From Squalus acanthias (lineage: Eukaryota): DNA of 64,000 nucleotides. The stretch spans positions 141,672,001 through 141,736,000 of the forward strand of contig CM059431.1 in assembly GCA_030390025.1 (NCBI GenBank), given 5' to 3'. Below are positions 62,954-64,000 of this stretch, one piece after another. A program made the position numbers and the translations under genes. Position 1 is the first letter of the stretch. Each line of letters opens with the position of its first letter. A model generated the notes under the pieces. It saw only the letters and a list, made by a program, of their open reading frames with translations, searched no databases and had not been told where the DNA came from.

Positions 62954-63544
62954 GTAAGTGGGAGGGACACAGAATGAGTTTGGGTTATTTAAACATCACA
63001 GAAGCAACAGGAAATCAGATCTTAGAATCATAGAATGTTACAGAAGAAAAACAGGCCAACTAGGAAAGAAAGGGTTAAAGCTGTTAATATTTTAAAACAG
63101 AAACAACAACACCAATGTGAAAATACCCACTGGATCCATCAGTCTATGTAAAAAGGACAGGGTAACGGGTACGAAATTATCCTTTGTGGGCTGAAGTCAA
63201 AGGAAACCAAGAATTTTAGCAGGTTCTCTCAAAGAGACAGGAGACAACTAGCTGGAGTTTTAGGGAAGGTCATGAGTTGAATGTCCTACAAAGTATTTAA
63301 AGTAAATTGAGGAACTGTGAGATGATTTTAAAAAATCAGCTGCGGGTTAAAGGAAAGATATTTTTATAAAATGCTAAACTAGTGAACAAGTATTGGACCA
63401 AAACAACCCCAAAAAACCTATGGGGAGTGTCGGATCAACCGAATAGAATGATCCCAATTATATTGATTCAGATACCAGCGATAAATCAACTTATTGGTTC
63501 TATGAAGATCCTCAGGATGTTCAAGCAAATTATCCAGCTACAGT

Positions 63545-63960
63545 TAGTAGAATCACAGGAACTTACAGCACAGAAGGAGGCCACGTCGTGCCTGTGCTGG
63601 CTCTTTGAAAGAGCAGCCGAGCTCAGTCCCACACCCCCACTATTTGTCCGTAACCCTGCAAGTTCCTCATCCACAAGTACCTGTCTAACTCCCTTTAAAA
63701 CTATTGATGGCATCAGCTTACATCACCTTTTCAGGTCGAGCGTTCCAGATCCCGACATCACTCTGAGTGAAAACAATTCTCCTCATCCCCCCTCTAGATC
63801 TTTTGGCAATGAATTTAAATCTATGGCCTCTGGTTATTGACCCACTCGCCAGACGGAATAGTTTTTTCTCTCTGTGTCAAAACTTTTTATCATCTTGAAA
63901 CCCTCTATTAGGTCACCTGTTAACCTTCTCTGTTCCAAAGAGAACAGTCCTGACTTTCCC
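63545..63960 (-). mobile_element. CR1 3'-end fragment
   Basis: Reverse-strand similarity to other CR1 3' ends in the window. Confidence 0.75.
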
Positions 63961-64000
63961 GATCTAGTAATAGTACATCCTTTTGTATTCTGTCTCTATT

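Overview
Repeat-rich vertebrate DNA, most likely from a cartilaginous fish (elasmobranch-type V-SINE, CR1 LINEs, shark-type death-fold/NACHT genes). The backbone is an old inverted duplication carrying two head-to-head NLR genes. The minus-strand copy has five in-frame coding exons (29767-29704, 26522-26356, 9234-9063, 8959-8894, 5736-4337; 622 aa predicted). It encodes a CARD-like death fold plus NACHT but no LRRs, because its last exon is fused to the antisense strand of a 3'-truncated CR1. The plus-strand copy starts at a CpG-rich promoter (~51.9-52.4 kb), has coding exons at 60016-60079 and 62787-62953, and runs off the window. Between the two genes is a ~6.1-kb PIF/Harbinger transposon (~41249-47342). 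Its 382-aa DDE transposase ORF is intact, while its spliced Myb/SANT partner gene is disabled by frameshifts and a CR1 insertion. Two related MITEs flank it, and all three elements sit at a duplicated first-exon/promoter module. The window also has a decayed tRNA-Asn gene, many CR1/L2/RTE fragments, two SINEs and at least eight tandem arrays. These include an 11.8-kb 51-bp satellite with higher-order structure and a 61-bp array with an AP-1 site in most units. All gene models and family calls were made by eye without database searches.
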